Shown here: piece by piece, positions 51,636 to 64,000 of the stretch | Layout: each line of letters starts with the position of its first letter | How positions within the stretch are numbered: position 1 is the first letter of the stretch | Source: Eledone cirrhosa | Taxonomy: Eukaryota | Assembly: GCA_964016885.1 (NCBI GenBank) | Contig: OZ024743.1 | Coordinates: 327,918,001 to 327,982,000, forward strand | Direction: 5' to 3' | Length of the DNA: 64,000 bases | Translations under genes and position numbers: made by a program | The notes under the pieces: generated by a model | What the model was told of the DNA's origin: nothing | Databases searched by the model: none | Seen by the model: the letters and a program-made list of their open reading frames with translations, nothing else

Positions 51636-51772
51636 CTCTAAAATTTTATCTCCTTCTTCTAAACGTCCATCAATATCAGCTGCTTCTTTCTCTTTGATTC
51701 GAGCCACAAAAATTCCTGTATCCCAGGCCAGGGGCATATCAATTCCACCCCGAATGTTAAATCCAAGACCAA
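51636..51772 (-). CDS. SYNJ2BP: Exon of a SYNJ2BP/OMP25-like PDZ protein (first half of the PDZ domain)
   Basis: Acceptor tttattcag, donor gtaaaa; 137 nt, phase 1-0. Encodes [45 protein letters not shown], with the GLGF loop and DGRLxxGDKIL typical of this PDZ family. Confidence 0.88.
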
Positions 51773-52009
51773 CTGAATAAATAAGAAACATGTTATGAAT
51801 TGATTGTAAACAAAATGAAAAATAAGATCAAAGAATGTATGGAGGAAAATATTTCAAGATACAAATTAAAACACTCATAACCCTTGCAAAAACACGCCAG
51901 AAAATATTCTAATAGGTCTTAGATTGTGGATATTAGTCAAATTGATGCAAAGCAGGGAAAAATTACTAGAATCAAATTGTTTTCAAATAATTTTCATCTG
52001 TTTTAAATT

Positions 52010-52459
52010 CATGGATACATTGAAACTCCGAGTCTGGCAACTGACTTGGTAAACACCCACAAAATTATTAACCATCTTGCCAACAACAACCCTGAGTACC
52101 TTTTTGATTTCCATGTGTCTAACACACATGGGCATGCCCACAAAGTCAGAAAACAGCACAGCTCCCAACACTTTCGGAAACATTTTTTCACGCTCAGAGT
52201 TGCTGAAGCATGGAACAACCTACCTGCATCAGTTGTTAGCTGTCGAGACACTGCATCCTTTAAAACCTCCATGCTTCCTGAGATTCACCAACACTACACC
52301 TAATATTCCTCCTCCATACACATGCACACATGTATATCATGACTCATACACTATTCACTTCCCTGAAATTTGTATATTATTCTATGCACTATACATGTAC
52401 CTTTGACGAGTTGTAGTGCACCTGAGCACTTTACACAATCATTTCATTATTATTATTAT
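52010..52459 (+). mobile_element. CR1-type LINE 3' fragment
   Basis: Closely matches 27097-27545. Encodes RKHFFTLRVAEAWNNLP and ends in (att)n. Confidence 0.9.
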
Positions 52460-52960
52460 AAAGTATAACTGAAGAAAATACAAATTTGAAAATACAAGGG
52501 AGATAATTCCCGATAGCAAAAGAAAAATGGGGTTATTTTCCTCCCCAAATTTTCGATAGGAGAGGTGTGTAAAATATTCTAGTCTGTTTTAAGGCCAGGG
52601 TTTACCATGCAACTTGCACCTTAGCGTAGACAGGGGAAAGGTTTATATATATATATATATATTTATTTATAACAGAATACCAGCAGTTGCCCAAAGAAAA
52701 AGCAATGGACGATTTAGGTTGGCATCAGTGACATCGCAAGCGAATTCGGAATGTAAAGAACAGAAACAAATACTGCAAGGCATTTTAGTCCAATACTCTA
52801 ACAATTCTGTCAATCCACCTCTCTAGATTGGTTCTACATTTTAATCGATCCAGGAAGGACGAAAAGAAAAGTTGACCATAGCATGATTTGAACTCAGATC
52901 AATCCTTGTCACATTTGTGTCATGCTTGAGAATTTCGTTAGGGGTATACTCAACCACTTA

Positions 52961-53343
52961 CTCTCGGGTTCCAAATAATAGGGAGATTGGAATAAGCGGG
53001 AAAGTTGGAATATGGGGAGGGAGAACTCAATGATTTTTCTAAGTTGTCTCGGTTGATTTAAAAAAAAAACAACAGAATTGGTCGCTTAATTTACATATTG
53101 AGACCCCAACCCATCCTATTTATTTTATAACGCATGGGATTTCTAGTAATGTACTTTTCTGTAAGTATAATGTTTTTTAATGTATAAAGAAAATAAATTG
53201 TCGCAGGAATGCTACCACTTAAAATAAAATTTCGCCGGGGATTGATTGGCAAAATTTAATTGGGGAGTATGAATGGAGTAGGGGTGAAAAAAATTTGAAA
53301 AATCGATGTGGGGGAGATGGGGAGATTATTCAAGACCTGAGAG
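52961..53343. mobile_element. TA-flanked MITE (Tc1/mariner-like)
   Basis: TA-CTCTCGGGTTCCAAATAA ... TTATTCAAGACCTGAGAG-TA. It interrupts caaccactta/tacgttaatt, seen intact at ~53453-53470. Confidence 0.7.
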
Positions 53344-53854
53344 TATACGTTAATTCACAAGCAAGGTTCTAAATAACAAGCCTTGTCACGTTTGTGTCAT
53401 GATGGTTCGGCCTGAGAATTTCGTTAGGAGTACATATATTTGTGGAATAGTCAACCACTTACACGTTAATTTATGTGTTTCACGTTCATTTGATTGATCG
53501 TAGAAACTGACGGTGAACCCATATAACTTTCTCTGTTAATCTGGTATTTCGAATATTGGAAAATAATTTAAAGGTTCTTACATAGAATTATGATGGTGGG
53601 GGTGGGGGTAGATGCAGTTTCAGATGGTTTGGTATAAAAAGGTAGAATCAGGGATGTTTTCAAGTGGTTCGGTACCAAAAAGGTGGAAATTATCCCAACG
53701 GCAAATGTTTGAAATGTTTTTTTTAGGTATTGTGGGGTGAGGCACAGCTATTCGAAAATGATTAATATCTGAGAGGAACAATTTTTTTGCCATTTTCGAT
53801 ATATAGTTAGACACTTTTTGTCAGTAATAATAACAAAAGAAGTATTCAAGGCTA

Positions 53855-54080
53855 CTCTCGGGTCTCGAATAATCGCCCCTTCAACACCGCTCTTATTCCC
53901 TCCCCATTTGACAAAAAAAGTACATTACTAGAAATCCCATGTTATAAAATAAATAGGATGGGTTGGGGGTCTCAATATGTAAACTAAACGACTAATTCTG
54001 TTTGTTTGTTTTTTAATTAATGGAGATAACCTAGAAAGATTACCAATTCCGCCCACCCCCTATTCTTTAGGATCTGAGAG
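53855..54080. mobile_element. Second, shorter copy of the same MITE in inverted orientation
   Basis: TA-CTCTCGGGTCTCGAATAA ... GATCTGAGAG-TA. Internal 53915-53975 is the reverse complement of ~53099-53158. Confidence 0.7.
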
Positions 54081-54237
54081 TATATACAATTATATTTTTG
54101 TAAGACTTTTTCAGTTCTTTTTCTGTATTTGGTTTGTAGTTTAGGATCAGATATTAAAGGGAAATAACTTATGGTGTCTGGAAACTAGTTTTAATTCACT
54201 GAAAATAAATCAGCCATAACAGTTTGTCGTTATTTAA

Positions 54238-54424
54238 GGGCGGTAGGTTGGCAGTATCGGGAAAGGGTCGGACGCCATGCTTTGACGTATAGAGTTACGG
54301 CCCTTGCCATTCTGAATTCAAATCCCGCCGAGGTTAACTTTGCCTTTCATCCTTACAAGGTCGATAAAATAAGGTACCAGTAATGTACTGGGTAATTACT
54401 GGACTTGTGCCAAAAGTAGAAACA
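54238..54424 (+). mobile_element. Full-length SINE with a 9-bp TSD
   Basis: gttatttaa at 54229-54237 and 54425-54433. Head ggcggtaggttggcagtatc, core and tail all present. Confidence 0.9.
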
Positions 54425-54542
54425 GTTATTTAACGTCGTATTCTCTCAGCGGTTGATTTGTTTATATAAATCTCTTTAACTAACACATATACAATGCTTT
54501 ACCTACCTCAGTCAAGTAGTTACAATCATCAGTCATAATAAT

Positions 54543-54855
54543 TGTTTCTACTTTTGGCACAAGGCTAGCAATTATCTCGGTGTATTACTGGTACTTTATT
54601 TTATCGACCCCGTAAGGATGAAAGGCAAAGTTAAACCCGGCGGGATTTGAACTCTGAACATAAAGGGCCATAACTCTTTGCTGCAAAGCATGGTGTCTGA
54701 CCCTCTACCGATACTGCCAATCCACCATCATCAGTCATAATAATGATTTCTTATATAGGCACAAGGCCAGTAATTAAATCGACTTCAGTACATTACTGGT
54801 GCTTTATTTTATCGACCCCGAAAGGATGAAAGGCAAAGTCAACCTCGGCGGGATT
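54543..54855 (-). mobile_element. Two SINEs inserted in tandem at one site
   Basis: Full copy at 54543-54726 and truncated copy at 54745-54855. The target motif atcagtcataataa occurs three times. Confidence 0.88.
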
Positions 54856-56792
54856 ATCAGTCATAATAACGTCATGTGTTAGTTCATATATACAAGAACA
54901 AACAAACGAGGACGCATTAACTTAGTCTTATTAGTTTCACGCTTAACAGAAAAATCAACGTGTGGAGCATTTGTTTGCCCTTCGTCAGGAATGTAGAATA
55001 AAGTCAGTGGAGGAGAAGTTATAATGAGTGGGGGGAGTGGCCCAGCGAGCATGGGTGGGGTCGAATTGAGAAGTACAGGGTGTGGTGGTGGTTGTGTGTA
55101 TGTGGGGTGCATATTATGTTGCGTGTGTGCGTGTTGTTGGTACAATCGTAGGTGCATACATGTTTGGGACATGTTTGGCAGGGATGTATGGTTATTGGTG
55201 TGTATTGTATGGTTACATGAATTAATGTGTGTGTACGGATGGGGTGGGTTTTCGTATCTAGTATGGGCCGAGTCGGTAAGTCCGATTTAAATGGTGGCTG
55301 TGTCTGAAGTGGAGGAAAAAGGATTGTGGGTGAGTGGTAGCTACAGGAAGTATGGGTGCGCATGTGCGAGATAATAGTGACAGAGTTCTAAGGGAGGACT
55401 TAGGGGTGGAATATGTATTACAGTCATAGTGTTCAAATAAAGTATAGGGGACAGAAGTTGAAAGATTATGTAGTAGGTGAGGGAATAGATAGAGTGTGAG
55501 AAAGAGAATTGGTGTGACAAAGTGGGAGTTGCCAGGGTGAATGGCACGGATGGTGTGACAGTGATGGTGGTGGTGATGGTAACGAAGATGATGGAGTGAA
55601 CAGAGGATGTGTTTGTGTCAAAGTGTGTATCTATGCTGATGCTGTGGTGATAGTAGTGTTAGTGGTGCATGTGCATGTGCACGCAGATGTACAATCACAT
55701 ATATATAAGCAGGTATGTATGGTGGGGTGAGTTAGTACTGGTAATAGGTGTTAGTTGTAGTATGGGCAGGTATTCTGGTCATAGTTGTGGGGGATTAGAG
55801 GGTATTAGAAGTGTTAGCTGGCCGTGTATGTGTGGGATCAAATGCACGTGCATGGTGGTCAGTGTGTGTATGTGAGTTTGACTCTCTGCTCTCTGAGTTC
55901 AAATCCTGCCATGGACAAGGTTGATAAAAAAAAAAGTACCAGTCTAATACTGGGGTTGATTCTTTCCCACTTCCTTTCTTAAACTCTCTATCCTTCTCTG
56001 GAACAAAGATGCTGTACTCAAGCCTGGAGAGGGTTGGGCTCCATCAAATGACCAAGAAACGCTATATGCCATAATGGCACTCCTACGACTCCTACGACCT
56101 GTTTATCACGGTCATCACAAGACACTGTGATAAACAGGCAAAACTCCAGAGAAACAAGACTCACTATTTGGCCTTTATAAAAAATATATATATATTGTCG
56201 GTTGGTGAGACTATTTAACCCATAGTCAGGGTGGATGGCAGTTGACTCTGAGGAGTTAATCCACCCTTTAACAACTCTTGATTTTAGTACTGGTGGGGAA
56301 GCTGCTTTAGTCACGAACCACTCAACCATGAATAAAAATTGATACATATTTTGGCTTTAGCAGCAAGAGAGAGAAGAAAGCTCCAACACAACACAATTAT
56401 ATAGTAAGACTTTGTTACATACAACAAGTTTCAATCTATTTACATATATTATGTAATTATTGATTCCTTACATAGGCATAGAACCAGACCAAGCCAGTGA
56501 ATGAGCCTCAATACAGCTGCTCAAATAGCTAGAAATAGCAGCCAAACCTTCCTCAATTTACACCTTACAACCCTAAAAAATGGGATGGTTGAGAGGAATG
56601 CATTTTATCATAGGTCAGCTCAGTGAGAATTGACCTAGCATTAAACAACCACAGATGTAAGGGTTTGCCTGACATTCATACCTTCCTTAAGGACATTATT
56701 TTTTTTTTTTTTTTTGCTCACCCCAAGTAAGGCAATAAAGCCACTAAAATACAAAGGGTTACTGAGAAGAGAGAAAGACAAGACAGAAAAAT

Positions 56793-56960
56793 TCAAGGAA
56801 AGAGATGATGATTGATGTTGCTTTTGAATTTATGAAAATTGTAGTTGTCAGAAAAGCAAGAAGCTAGAAGAGAATTCCATAGGTGAGATGTGTGACGGAA
56901 CAAACTACCAGAATAGAATTTGTGATTTAAACTCGTGAAGATGGAGCAACAAAGAGAAAA
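56793..56960 (-). mobile_element. Degraded LINE 3' end (Jockey/CR1-group-like)
   Basis: SLFRHTSHLWNSLLASCFSDNYNFHKFKSNINHHL resembles the WNSLP..FK C-terminal motif of these ORF2 proteins. Confidence 0.6.
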
Positions 56961-57057
56961 ACTAATCAGAACAATTCCCATGAAAATATTTATAAAAAAA
57001 AAAAGCAAAGAGAAGTAACATTTTGAGGGTGTGACACTGATTGAAGCTGACATCATC

Positions 57058-57250
57058 AAGGTGAATTGGCAGTATCAGTAGAGGGTTGGACGCCATGCTT
57101 TGACGTATAGAGTTACGGCCCTTGCCATTCTGAGTTCAAATCCCGCCGAGGTTAACTTTGCCTTTCATCCTTACGGGGTCGATAAAATAAAGTACCAGTA
57201 ATGTACTAGGTAATTGCTGGCCTTGTGCCAAAAGTAGAAACAATTATTAT
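57058..57250 (+). mobile_element. Full-length SINE
   Basis: Nearly identical to 54238-54424; ends in (att)n. Confidence 0.9.
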
Positions 57251-57719
57251 TTTAATATTTAGATCTGCTGTTTCTTATTGGCATGTGTTGGATGAGACTT
57301 TTCTGAGGCGGTATTCTATGACCAGTTCTTCCCTACACCAATCCATACTATATTTTTAAGTATGATAATTATTCTGCTCGAGGTCAGCTTTGCCTTTCAT
57401 CCTTTAGTAGTCAATAAAAAAAGCACCAGTCTAGTCATTACTATCTCTTTCTCACTTCCTCTTTCTCTTACTTTCTATCTTTCTCTGGGAGAAATCCACG
57501 ATATTCAGACCTGGAGAGGAGAGGGGCTCTGCCAGGTTTAAAAATGCCCTAGAAATGCTGTATGTCAATACAGTGCCCCTACAACTCCCTCAGGAGTTAC
57601 AGTATCATGCAAGCAATTATTCTGCTAGTCTTCACTGAATTGTTAAGTTGCAAGCTACAAATAACTGGCACTGCTTAGTTGAATGGTGTCACCATGAAAG
57701 CATATGTGGAGACAGATAT

Positions 57720-58355
57720 GTCATCATCATCCTCATTTATTGTCCATTTATTTCCCCTGCTAACAAGGGTTGGACACATCATCACAGATGAAGTCAATAC
57801 TTAATAGGAGCTACTGACTTCCCAGCCAGGCCAGGGACCACATTTCAATTACATGTTCCCATACTCTACTGAATGTACTGGGTGCATTTTTTCATGGCAC
57901 CAACACTAGGGACGTTGTCATGTCTTTGACACAACTGAAGAGTCCTATTGACCATTTGGCAAGTTTCCTATGGCTGAATGCCCATCCTATCTCTAACCAC
58001 TTTACAGAGTATACTGAGTGCGTTTTATTATGTCACTAACACTAGCGAGGTTGTCATGCTCTCATACCTTCTCTGGTATGCTTTCTACAGCTGGATGTCC
58101 TTTTGATCCCCAACCACCTTATAGGGTGTATTGAGTGCATTTTTCATAGCACCAGCATTTGAAAGTTTGCCATGTTGTGACTGAATCGTCTTCTTACTAC
58201 TTTACAGAGTGTACTGGGTATATTTCATTGTGGCACACAAACACACATGTGTCTATGTAGAAGACACTTGCCTAAGGTGCCACATAGTTAAATGAAATCT
58301 CAAACCATATGGTTACAAAGCAAATTTCTTAAAACTACACAGCTATATCTACACC
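57720..58355 (-). mobile_element. Degenerate tRNA-derived SINE with internal repeats
   Basis: Minus-strand head tagctgtgtagttttaagaaatttgc...gtggcaccttaggcaagtgtcttctac and a (gat)n tail at ~57720. A related body lies at ~46230-46520 on the + strand. Confidence 0.6.
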
Positions 58356-59875
58356 AAACTTATTAACTACACAGCTATGTCTACACCAAACTTATTAACT
58401 ACACAGCTATATCTACACCAAACTTATTAACTACACAGTTATGTCTACACCAAACTTATTAACTACACAGCTATATCTACACCAAACTTATTAACTATAC
58501 AGATATATCTACACCAAACTTATTAACTACACAGCTATATCTACACCAAACTTATTAACTACACAGTTATGTCTACACCAAACTTATTAACTACACAGCT
58601 ATATCTACACCAAACTTATTAACTATACAGATATATCTACACCAAACTTATTAACTACACAGCTGTATCTACACCAAACTTATTAACTACACAGCTGTAT
58701 CTACACCAAACTTATTAACTACACAGTTATGTCTACACCAAACTTATTAACTACACAGCTATATCTACACCAAACTTATTAACTATACAGCTGTATCTAC
58801 ACCAAACTTATTAACTACACAGCTGTATCTACACCAAACTTATTAACTACACAGTTATGTCTACACCAAACTTATTAACTATACAGCTATATCTACACCA
58901 AACTTATTAACTACACAGTTATGTCTACACCAAACTTATTAACTATACAGCTATATCTACACCAAACTACACAGCTATATCTACACCAAACTTATTAACT
59001 ACACAGCTATATCTACACCAAACTTATTAACTACACAGCTATATCTACACCAAACTTATTAACTATACAGATATATCTACACCAAACTTATTAACTACAC
59101 AGCTATATCTACACCAAACTTATTAACTACACAGCTATGTCTACACCAAACTTATAACTACACAGCTATGTCTATAACAAACTTATAATCTATACAGCTA
59201 TATCTACAACAAACTTATTAACTACACAGCTATATCTACAACAAACTTATTAACTACACAACTATGTCTACACCAAACTTATTAAATACACAGCTATATC
59301 TACACCAAACTACACAGTTATATCTACACCAAACTTATTAACTACACAGCTGTATCTACACCAAACTTATTAACTACACAGCTGTATCTACACCAAACTT
59401 ATTAACTATACAGCTATATCTACACCAAACTTATTAACTTCACAGTTATATCTACACCAAACTTATTAACTCCACAGTTATGTCTACACCAAACTTATTA
59501 ACTACACAGCTATATCTACACCAAACTTATTAACTACACAGCTATATCTACACCAAACTTATTAACTACACAGCTATATCTACACCAAACTTATTAACTA
59601 CACAGCTATATCTACACCAAACTTATTAACTACACAGCTATATCTACACCAAACTTATTAACTACACAGCTATATCTACACCAAACTTATTAACTACACA
59701 GCTATGTCTACACCAAACTTATTAACTACACAGCTACGTCTACACCAAACTTATTAACTACACAGCTATGTCTACAACAAACTTATTAACTATACAGCTA
59801 TGTCTACACCAAATTTCTGAACCACACAGCTATGTCTGCATTAAATTTCTTAACCACACAGCCATGTCTACATCA
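58333..59875. repeat. 32-bp minisatellite, about 48 copies
   Basis: Unit aactacacagctatatctacaccaaacttatt; starts at 58333, 58365 and onward. Confidence 0.97.
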
Positions 59876-60525
59876 AAATAGATTGTTAAAAATATTCCTG
59901 GAAACTCACGTTTTGCAGTTCAGTGTTGCCTTTTGATTATGTAATATATTTGAAAAAAAAACATATTTAACTGAATAATGTACTACAATTGAGGGAGAGA
60001 AAGTACCACCACCACCACCACCACCACCACTTATATCATAAGTCTGGTCAGTAAAGTTATCAGCAGAAAATTGTTTGCTGCCAACTCATTTTATTAGTTT
60101 TAGGAGAAGGGAGGGGGAAGATCCAGAGAAATAAGAAGATGGTGCCAAAAACCCAATAATATTTCAATTAAGGAATTCACAGGAAAAAAGGTTGGTGAGT
60201 GTAGAATCATTCCTTAGATTAGCTTTTGAAGAACTTCAAACGCTAAGTCTGATTAACCTTTTCATTTCCCTATTTGTAATAAAAGACACTGTCTATGTCA
60301 TTAAATCTGTCTTTACCATATTTCTAATGAAAGACACTGTCTATGTCATTATCATTGACTTCCTGGAAACTGTTCAGAGACGTGCAACCAAGCGAATACC
60401 CTCCATCAGGCATCTACCATACTCTGAACACTTGCTTCCCTGGGCACGGATACATTGAAGCTCCAACGTCTGGCAATTGACTTGGTAAACACCCACAAAA
60501 TTATTAACCATCTTGCCAACAACAA

Positions 60526-63500
60526 GTCAGGTCACCAGTTGGTGCTACTGGTAACATGTATCCCAGTACAACCTGTATCATGGTCGGGTCGTTGGCAACT
60601 AAACTGGCAACCCCACCAAGGTTTCTTGGTGAAGAGGGTGACTTTGGACATCCTGCAAGACTAAAAACAAAACCTGTCAAAGGGCAAAGGAGCTCTTAAG
60701 AGTCAATCGCCATCCAAAATCACCGGGAGAGATGACCCCTTAGCCTTTGTCAAGGCAGAATTCTAGGAGAAGGAAAACTCTGATATAACACCTGCAACCC
60801 ATCGGTTTGCAGTTCTACCAGAGACTACTCCACTTACTGTCTCTTTACTAAATGTCAGTGGTTGGGCTTCAGGTTAGCGACCTGTTCCCAGAAAAACTCT
60901 CCTGCTACGAAAACAATTCATAGTGCATCAAATTTAAATTCCAAGCAGTCAGGAGAACGGTTGTCTCTAACCGGAGATTGTATGACGGGTGTCGGCGAAA
61001 GTCTCAATGAGGAAGCCGACATCCTGAGGACCAGAATTCTGTCTGCAACAACAACCACACGTATTGGATATTGGAACATAAGAACTATGTACCAACCATC
61101 CAAACTTGCGCAAGTTATCGGAGAAATGGAGGCCTACAAAATTAACATCCTGGGCCTCAGCGAGGTCCTCTGGACTGACTCTTGGAAGTTTGTCCATGAA
61201 AACAAGACCATCCTGTTCTCAGGCCGTCAGAACGGGACCCACCGAGATGGAGTTGCAATCATCATGGACAGGGCTGCCAGTGGTGCCTTTGAGGAGTGGA
61301 CTCCTATCAACGAACGCCTAATGACAGCAAGATTCACCACATCACATGCAAAGGTCACCATAGCTCAGTGCTATGCTCCAACCAACGAACATAACGATGA
61401 TGACAAGGATGCTTTCTACCAGCAACTACAAGATGTTGTCAACAAAACCCCACGTCATGACATCCTGATCATCATGAGAGACATGAACGCACAGATCGGG
61501 GGAAGCAGGGTTGGCTTTGAACATGTCCTTGGCCCCCATGCTTATGGAAACCGCACGGACAACGGGGACAGGTTTGTCCAGTTCTGTGCCATGAACAATA
61601 TGAAAATCAGCTCGTCACTATTTGACCACAAGAACATCCACAAGGTCACATGGGCTTCGAACGACCACAGGACCAAGACGCAAATGGACCATATTGCGAT
61701 TGGCCCAAGTTGGAGAGCTCCTTGCCTGCAGGACGTCCGAGTCTACCGGGGCGCAGATGTCTGTAGTGACCACTATCTGTCTGTTACCAAACTTAAAATC
61801 AGACTGAGGAAGTAGAAGAAGAGAGCACTCACTACAAGGCATTTTGACACTACCAAGCTGAGGAACGGTGACACAGAAGCACAGTTCGAGGCTGCTTTGA
61901 GGAACAGATTTGCTGTCCTTGAGGAGTCTGCACCAGGCTCAGTCAATTGGTGGGAGGAAATGAAGAAGACCATGGAAGCTGCAGGGGAAGAAATCCTGGG
62001 CTACAGGAAGACCCTCAGAGAAGCTTGGGTCAGCGACAACACCTGGCAGCTGATTAATGAAAGGAAAGCCCTACACCAGCAGAGGCATGCCACTACCCCA
62101 GAGGCCATCAAGGTATATCAGCAGTATGTTGACAAGGACAAGGAGGTGAAACGCAGCGCCCAAAAGGACAAACAAATGTGGCTTGAGGGTAAGGCAGAGG
62201 AGGCGGAAGCAGCTGCGGCACGCAATGACATGCGCTCTGTGTACCAAATTGCCAAGAAAATCACCGGCAGCTCTAGAGCTAACTCAGGCCCGGTGAAAGC
62301 GAAAGATGGTACGCTGCTTTCCAAGGGTGAAGAAAAGTTAGTCAGATGGGCTGAACATTTCAAGGAAGTCCTCAACCGACCGGAGCCACGTGTGCCAGCA
62401 GACACTAAGGAACCTACTAGTTTGTTGCCTATCAATACTGATGACTTCACCGAGAAGGAAGTCCGCATGGCCATCAAAACCCTTAATAATAACAAGTCAC
62501 CAGGTATGGATGGCATTTCTGCTAAAATGCTGAAGTCAGGAGGCGAAAGCATGGTCAAGTGGATGGGCCACTTATGTAATCTTGTGTGGAACACGGGTGA
62601 AGTCCCAGAAGATTGGAGAAATGGAGCGGTTGTCTGTATCCCCAAGAAGGGCAACCTTGCCGATTGTGACAACTGGAGGGGAGTGACACTTCTCTCCATA
62701 CCAGGGAAGGTCTATTGTCTGATGATCTTGAACCGCATACGTGGCATGGTAGACTGGGAACTGCGAGAACAACAGGCAGGGTTCCGACCAAAATGTTCCT
62801 GTGCAGAGCAGATCTTTACGTTACGCCGCATCATTGAGAGGTACAACGAATTCCAGAGGCCTCTCGCCATCAGCTTCATCGATTTCTCCAAAGCATTCGA
62901 TAGCATTCATCAGCCGTCACTTTGGAGCATCATGCATGAGTATGGTCTGCCCCAGAAAGTCATTTCGGCAATCAAACAGATTTACGCAAACTCCAAGTGC
63001 TGCACACGGACAGAGGATGCTTACAATGACTGGTTTGAGTTGGTTACTGGTGTGCGTCAGGGTTGCTCGCTCTCTCCAATTCTCTTTGCCATAGCCATTG
63101 ACTGGGTACTAAGAAGAGCGTCTAAAGACCAGGGTATATCTTGGGTGGGAGAGCAAAAGTTGTCTGACCTGGACTTTGCGGACGATATTGTTGCACTTGC
63201 AGAGAGCACAGCTGACCTGCAAATCATTATGAACAATATCAATGTCGAAGCAGGAAGCTTAGGTCTCAATATCAGTGCTAAGAAGACCAAAAGCATGTTA
63301 TCTGGGACACACCCACCACCAACCAGTGTCTTTATTAAAAAGGGGGAGGTGGAGATAGTGGACAACTTAACCTACCTAGGAAACTCCATTAACAATGAGG
63401 GCACCGTGGACAGTGAATTGCAATGTAGAATGGGAAAGGCTTCAGCAGCATTTAACCAGCTTGTCAAGATCTGGAAGAGCAGGAAGTTCACCCTCAAAAC

Positions 63501-63963
63501 AAAGATGAGATTCTACAACAGCAACGTGCTGTCCACACTCTTGTACGAAAGTGAAACATGGCACCTTAAGACCAGCCAAGAGAAGAAGTTGGACGCATTC
63601 GATTCCAGGTGTCTGCGAAAGATCCTGGGGATTAAATGGAGTGACCATGTAACAAACCAGGAAGTCAGGAACCGCACCAACCAGCAGCTAGTCTCTTCTG
63701 ACATCTGCAAGCGACGCCTGGGCTGGTTTGGGCACGCTTTGAGACTTCCCCCGGAGAGACTGGCGAACCAAGTACTTAAATGGAACCCACAGGGAAGCAG
63801 ATAGAGAGGGCGACCCAAAATGAACTGGCGCCAGATAGTTGAGAGGGACCTGCGAGCGACAAACAGAATGGCGGGATGCTGTGCAACTGGCTGCTGACCG
63901 AACGCAGTGGAACACTATGATTGCCTCATGTGTCGCAAGACGCGGGAGCTTCTGAGTCTGAGT
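60526..63963 (+). mobile_element. Full-length RTE-clade LINE (3438 bp) with a 9-bp TSD
   Basis: TSD caacaacaa at 60517-60525 and 63964-63972; short tandem tail tctgagtctgagt; 5' motif ctaggagaaggaaaactctga. Confidence 0.95.
60862..63804 (+). pseudogene. RTE APE-endonuclease/RT ORF with premature stops
   Basis: APE motifs (IGYWNIRT, LGLSE, YAPT, SDH) and RT motifs (QQAGFR, FIDFSKAFD, GVRQGCSLSP, FADD) lie in one frame. In-frame TAG at 61813-61815 and at 63802-63804 just before RGRPK. Confidence 0.92.
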
Positions 63964-64000
63964 CAACAACAACCCTGAGCAACTTTTTGATTTCCATGTG

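Larger units (their letters stand above)
60353..64000 (+). mobile_element. CR1-type fragment split by the RTE insertion (60353-60525 and 63964-64000)
   Basis: Both pieces align to the copy at ~26990-27205 and join at catcttgccaacaacaa/ccctgag. Confidence 0.88.

Noticed and set aside
54879-55875. His/Pro/Thr-rich or Cys/Val-rich ORFs
   Set aside because: Translations of GT-rich low-complexity sequence with no domain signature.
60526-60625. HDV-like ribozyme at the RTE 5' end
   Set aside because: Known in some RTEs, and partial pairings exist (CAGGT/ACCTG, CCAGT/ACTGG), but I could not build a consistent double pseudoknot by eye. It needs an RNArobo or Infernal search.

Overview
Repeat-dominated, AT-rich animal genomic DNA. 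The SINE families and (TA)n-embedded palindromes point to an octopod cephalopod (inference from recalled repeat families, not verified). Bases 1-23444 are a 77-bp satellite with several higher-order periods, ending against an LTR-like segment. Bases 24.5-36.7 kb hold palindromic non-coding elements carrying type I hammerhead ribozyme motifs (three unrelated families), a CR1-type LINE fragment, and a decayed Naiad-like Penelope element split by a near full-length Dong/R4 LINE. These are followed by a ~1.16-kb tandem repeat, MITEs and SINEs, two minus-strand exons of a SYNJ2BP-like PDZ gene, a 32-bp minisatellite built from a SINE head, and a full-length RTE LINE inserted into a CR1 copy with a 9-bp TSD. 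The best candidate for something new is the ~460-bp hammerhead-containing, permuted, inverted tandem unit at 25065-26149; its overlapping 68-codon ORF differs between arms mostly at synonymous sites. All alignments and folds were done by eye.
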